Both the position numbers and the translations under genes were made by a program. Source: Betaproteobacteria bacterium (GTDB lineage Bacteria; Pseudomonadota; Gammaproteobacteria; Burkholderiales; SG8-41). Taken from it: 64,000 nt of DNA. The notes beneath the pieces were generated by a model, which was not told the DNA's origin, did not search any database, and worked only from the letters and a program-made list of their open reading frames with translations. Shown in pieces: positions 60,001 to 64,000 of the stretch (positions are counted from its first letter, which is position 1; each line of letters starts with the position of its first letter). The stretch spans positions 15,871 through 79,870 of the forward strand of contig JAQBGW010000125.1 in NCBI GenBank assembly GCA_032128415.1, read 5' to 3'.

Positions 60001-60984
60001 ATGTCTCACCGTCCTAACATGCTTTGGACCCTTGTCCTGCTTGCCATGCTGCCCGGCGTTGCTGCGCCCGTGCTTGCCGACGACGACTATCCGACCCGCC
60101 CCGTGCGCATCATTGTCGGCTTCCCGCCGGGTGGCGCCACCGATCTGGTGGCGCGAGTCATCGGCCCCAAACTCGGCGAGTCGCTGAAGCAGCAAGTAGT
60201 GATCGACAACCGCGCCGGTGCCAACGGCACGATAGGCGCCAAGCTCACGGCCAACGCCACGCCCGACGGCTACAACCTGCACCTCGCCACGCTGGGCGCG
60301 ATGGTGATCAGCCCGATCATCACCAGAGTACCCTACAAACCGCTGAAGGATTTCGCGACCATCACCATGGCTGTCCAGTTGCAGAACATGTTCATCACCC
60401 ATCCGACCCTCGCTGCAAAAACCCTCCCCGAACTGATCACACTTGCCAAAAAGAAACCGGGAGCGCTGAACTACGCGTCATCGGGACTGGGCAGCCCCGG
60501 CCATCTCGCCGGCGAATTGTTCAAGTCAATGACGAAAACCGACATGATGCACATTCCGTACAAAGGCGGCGGCCCCGCGCTGACTGATTTACTGGCCGGA
60601 CACGTACCGATATTTATCAGCGTCATTTCGACGGGCGTGCCACACGTAAAATCCGGCAGGGTCGTGGCACTTGCGGTCACCGGCGCCAAGCGTTCCCCAG
60701 CGCTACCCGACGTGCCAACGGTCGCCGAAACGCCGGGATTGAAGGGTTACGAGGCCAGCAATTGGTACGGCATGGTGGCGCCCGACGGCACACCCAAACC
60801 AATTCTCGAGCGCCTGCACAAGGAACTGACCGGCGTGCTGACTTCTGCTGTGGTCCGGGACACCCTGCTCTTGCGCGGCATCGAAACCACGGTGTCGACA
60901 CCGGAAGAATTCACCGCCTACATCAAATCGGAAACGGTCAAGTGGGGCAAGGTGATCCGCGCCGCGAACCTGCGGGCCAACTGA
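60001..60984 (+). CDS. Bug/TctC family solute receptor
   Basis: YPTRPVRI, PPGGATD, DNRAGANG and HIPYKGG motifs. Confidence 0.92.
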   Translation: MSHRPNMLWTLVLLAMLPGVAAPVLADDDYPTRPVRIIVGFPPGGATDLVARVIGPKLGESLKQQVVIDNRAGANGTIGAKLTANATPDGYNLHLATLGAMVISPIITRVPYKPLKDFATITMAVQLQNMFITHPTLAAKTLPELITLAKKKPGALNYASSGLGSPGHLAGELFKSMTKTDMMHIPYKGGGPALTDLLAGHVPIFISVISTGVPHVKSGRVVALAVTGAKRSPALPDVPTVAETPGLKGYEASNWYGMVAPDGTPKPILERLHKELTGVLTSAVVRDTLLLRGIETTVSTPEEFTAYIKSETVKWGKVIRAANLRAN

Positions 60985-61035
60985 CCATCGTCCGGTCCGG
61001 GCTGCGTTGACGGGCCGGCAACCCTTACTTTGCCG

Positions 61036-62274
61036 TCATGAATGCCGCTCCCGAGATCCGGTAGCGCGCAGCCACAGCACCAATCCGCCGGCCATCGCCA
61101 GGATCGTCAGCGCAAAGTAGAAGCGCAGCCCCAGCACCGGTCCGATCAGGCCAGCGGCGAAAGGCGCAACGCCCATCGCAAAGAACTGGAACGCCGTCGA
61201 GTATGAAATCGCCCGCGCATCGGTGCCGGCCGGCGCGTGGATGCGGATCAGTTGCACGATCGCCGTCGGCATAGCCGCCGCAGTCAGCCCGAATACCGCG
61301 CGGGTGATGGCCAATTGCAGTGGCGTTTCGATGACCAGCAGCGGCAAATGGGTTACGACGGTCGCGACCGAGGCAAAGACCAGCACTTTCGCCGGCCCGA
61401 TGCGGTCGATGACCCACCCCCACAGCGGCAATGCGATCACGGTGCCCGCCGCCATCGCCATCGCCACTGCGCCGACCCAGAACGCCTCTTCTGCGGTGTC
61501 GGCACCCTGTGCCTCGAGCAACTGCAGCACGAATATCGTGATCACCGTCACGCCGCCGAACCACATGATCATGAACAGGAAGTTGAGCAGGTAGAGCAGC
61601 CCGATCCGCGGCACTGCGAGCATGTCGCGCAGGCCGCCGATCCAGCGCGTGCGCCAGGGGCCTGCCGCCAGTTGCTTGACTTCGCCTGCGAACAGGGCCA
61701 CCAGCGTGCCACCGCCGAGCATCAGGGCCGCGCTGACCCAGAACAGCCGGTGCTGCGGTTCGAGCAGTGCGATCAGCATCGCGCCGAGCGCGGGGCCCAG
61801 CGTCTGGCCGACCAGTCCTCCGGTCTGCGCCAGCGCGACGACGCTGCCGATGCGCCGGGGCGGGGTATTGGCCACCAGCAGCGATATTCCCGCCGGCGTG
61901 AAGCCGTTGAACACGGCGACCAGCATCAGCAGCGCGGCAAAGCTCAGCGGCGACCCGGCCAGCGGCATCAGCAGCATCGCGACGCCGATGCCCAGCATCG
62001 CGCGCAGCACCATCAGCTTGCGTCCGTAATGGTCGGCGATGCTGCCCCAGACCGGACTCACGGCGAAGCTGATCAGGTAGAACACCATCAGCATGTAGCC
62101 GATCCAGGTCTCGAGGTTCTCGCGCACCCCGAGCCCGCGCACCATCAACGGCACGAACGGCCACGCCAGATTGAAGCCCAGCCCGCACAGCAGGTTGGCA
62201 AGCGGCAGTACGCGGCGATTGCTGCGCCAGTACGGATACCGGGTCGACTCGTCGTCGGTAGTGTTGATGCTCAT
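61036..62274 (-). CDS. MFS transporter (MdtG-like)
   Basis: WGSIADHYGRKLMVLRA motif and 12 TM segments. Confidence 0.88.
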   Translation of the reverse strand: MSINTTDDESTRYPYWRSNRRVLPLANLLCGLGFNLAWPFVPLMVRGLGVRENLETWIGYMLMVFYLISFAVSPVWGSIADHYGRKLMVLRAMLGIGVAMLLMPLAGSPLSFAALLMLVAVFNGFTPAGISLLVANTPPRRIGSVVALAQTGGLVGQTLGPALGAMLIALLEPQHRLFWVSAALMLGGGTLVALFAGEVKQLAAGPWRTRWIGGLRDMLAVPRIGLLYLLNFLFMIMWFGGVTVITIFVLQLLEAQGADTAEEAFWVGAVAMAMAAGTVIALPLWGWVIDRIGPAKVLVFASVATVVTHLPLLVIETPLQLAITRAVFGLTAAAMPTAIVQLIRIHAPAGTDARAISYSTAFQFFAMGVAPFAAGLIGPVLGLRFYFALTILAMAGGLVLWLRATGSRERHS

Positions 62275-62337
62275 GAAGACTGCGGATGGCGGGCCATACG
62301 ACCCGATTGTTTAATGAAAAAGACCGGCGACGCAGTC

Positions 62338-63222
62338 TCAGTCGCGGAAAAACGTACTGAGTTCGTCGTAGACCTCGTCCGGCACCTGCTCAGCCGGATA
62401 ATGCCCGCAGGGCAGCGGCTTGATGTGCTGGATGTCGGCGCAGTACTGCGGCCACGCCTTGAACGGATCGTAGAACTTGTTGGTGTGACTTTTTTCGCCC
62501 CAGTAAATCGCCGCCGGGCATTTGATCTTGCGGCCGGCGTCGAAATCGGCGGTATCCATTTCCATGTCCACGGTCACGCCGGCGCGGTAGTCTTCGCACA
62601 CGCCGTGGATGTTCTCCGGCGTGCACACACGCGCGTATTCCTTCAGCGTCTCTTCCGAGAAGCCGCCCTTGCCGATGCCCATCTTGGTCAGTTTATTGAG
62701 GATGTAATAGTCTTCGTTGCCCGCGATCAGCTTTTCCGGAATGTCGTAGGGCTGCGCCATGAAAAACCAGTGGTATGAATTAACGGCCCATTGCCAGGTG
62801 GCATGCGTCAGCACGTGGTGCGTCGGCAGGATGTCAAAGGTTGCGAGCTTTTTGACCTTGTCGGCATGATCCAGCGCCATGCGATAGGCTGCGCGCCCGC
62901 CGCGGTCATGCCCCGCCACGCAGAACCTGTCGAAACCCAGGTGCTGCATGACTTCGACGTTGTCCTGCGCCATGCGGCGGAAGGAATAGTTGCTGTGGTC
63001 TTCCTTGCCGCGCGGTTTGCTGCTGTCACCATAACCGCGCAGATCGGTGACGACCACAGTGAAATCCCTGGCTAACCGGGGTGCCACCAGATGCCAATGC
63101 ACATGCGTCAGCGGATTGCCGTGAATCAGCAGTATCGGCGGCCCGTTGCCACCGTAACGCAAATTTATTTTGACCTCAGGATCGCTGGTCTGGATTTGGG
63201 TGAGTTTGAATCCTTCAAACAC
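62338..63222 (-). CDS. Fluoroacetate/haloacetate dehalogenase-like alpha/beta hydrolase
   Basis: HGNP, DLRGYGDS, GHDRGGR, YHWFF, CEDYRA and GHY motifs. GTG start with AGGAG RBS. Confidence 0.82.
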   Translation of the reverse strand: MFEGFKLTQIQTSDPEVKINLRYGGNGPPILLIHGNPLTHVHWHLVAPRLARDFTVVVTDLRGYGDSSKPRGKEDHSNYSFRRMAQDNVEVMQHLGFDRFCVAGHDRGGRAAYRMALDHADKVKKLATFDILPTHHVLTHATWQWAVNSYHWFFMAQPYDIPEKLIAGNEDYYILNKLTKMGIGKGGFSEETLKEYARVCTPENIHGVCEDYRAGVTVDMEMDTADFDAGRKIKCPAAIYWGEKSHTNKFYDPFKAWPQYCADIQHIKPLPCGHYPAEQVPDEVYDELSTFFRD

Positions 63223-63489
63223 GGTGTAACTCCTAAAAAAATTCAGGGTGCGATGCTAACGCACTGCGACTGTCGTTGTACGCGAGACAGCCGTCATATG
63301 GACAAACCTCGAAGCACCAGCCTGCGCGTGCTCCGCTCAACTGGCAATCCCGCGTGTCACGCGTGCTAACATCGCGACCTTGCTGCCGCCACGTGCAGCA
63401 CCATGCCTGCAGCTTGAGAAAGCCATGCTGCGCAAAACAATATATTAATTAAATCAATAAGTTAGTTAACTTTTCAGAAAGATCGCCTC

Positions 63490-64000
63490 ATGTTCAATCC
63501 ATTCAAGCCGCTGGAACATATTCACGCCGAAGTCTTCACCTCCATGCCCGGCAAGTTCCGCAAAAAAAGTCGCAGTGCATGGTCTGATCCGAATCGGCAG
63601 AACTCCGAAGTTGAATGTTTTCTGGAAGCGCCGGCTTTTGATCGCGACGGCAATCTGTTTGTGTGTGACATCCCGTTCGGCCGCGTTTTCCGCATTACCC
63701 CCAAGGGCGACTGGGATCTGATTATCAAGTACGACAGCTGGCCCAACGGCATGAAATTTCACAAGGATGGCCGGTTGTTCATTTGCGATTACAAGGAAGG
63801 CCTGCTCACGCTCGATGTCAAGACCGGCAAAATGGAAAACGTGCTGCGCACGGCCTATAGCGAGAGCTTCAAAGGCCTTAATGATCTGCACTTTGCATCG
63901 AACGGTGATCTCTACTTTACCGATCAAGGCCAGACTGGCATCGCCGATCCAACCGGCCGCGTCTTTCGCCTGAAAGCCAATGGTGAGTTGCGCCGCCTGG
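63490..64000 (+). CDS. SMP-30/gluconolactonase/LRE family protein (3'-truncated by window, absent from ORF track)
   Basis: Open frame from ATG 63490: FLEAPAFDRDGNL, WPNGM, FKGLNDL and YFTDQGQTG. Confidence 0.85.
   Translation, partial: MFNPFKPLEHIHAEVFTSMPGKFRKKSRSAWSDPNRQNSEVECFLEAPAFDRDGNLFVCDIPFGRVFRITPKGDWDLIIKYDSWPNGMKFHKDGRLFICDYKEGLLTLDVKTGKMENVLRTAYSESFKGLNDLHFASNGDLYFTDQGQTGIADPTGRVFRLKANGELRRL

Noticed and set aside
63223-63489. Fluoride riboswitch upstream of the dehalogenase-like gene
   Set aside because: A hairpin is present but I could not find the crcB aptamer consensus on the minus strand. An Rfam scan would settle it.

Overview
A GC-rich, gene-dense chromosomal stretch, most likely from a Betaproteobacterium (Burkholderiales-like, inferred from seven TctC/Bug-type solute receptors and the gene content). 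It holds about 62 CDSs, mostly catabolic and transport genes: two complete TTT (tctCBA) systems, CoA-transferases, acyl-CoA dehydrogenases, two MmgE/PrpD proteins, TarD, LigJ, TcuAB, a ComDE-like decarboxylase operon, a LeuCD-like hydratase/lyase cluster and a fluoroacetate dehalogenase-like hydrolase. I found no rRNA, tRNA, CRISPR array or transposase. Main highlights: (1) a FrnE/DsbA-family gene truncated in the ORF track has an in-frame TGA exactly at the first Cys of its CPWC motif, followed by a SECIS-like hairpin, so it is a probable selenoprotein. (2) Directly downstream lies a signalling locus of two Hanks-type Ser/Thr kinases (one with TM + EF-hands, one with a duplicated C-terminal domain) flanking a c-type-heme/HAMP membrane sensor that has no output domain. 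(3) A ~267-bp highly structured MITE-like element sits between an AtuA-family gene and its DUF4387 partner. (4) IHF-consensus-like AT-rich sites recur at about ten gene junctions. All calls come from motif recognition by eye; no database searches were run.
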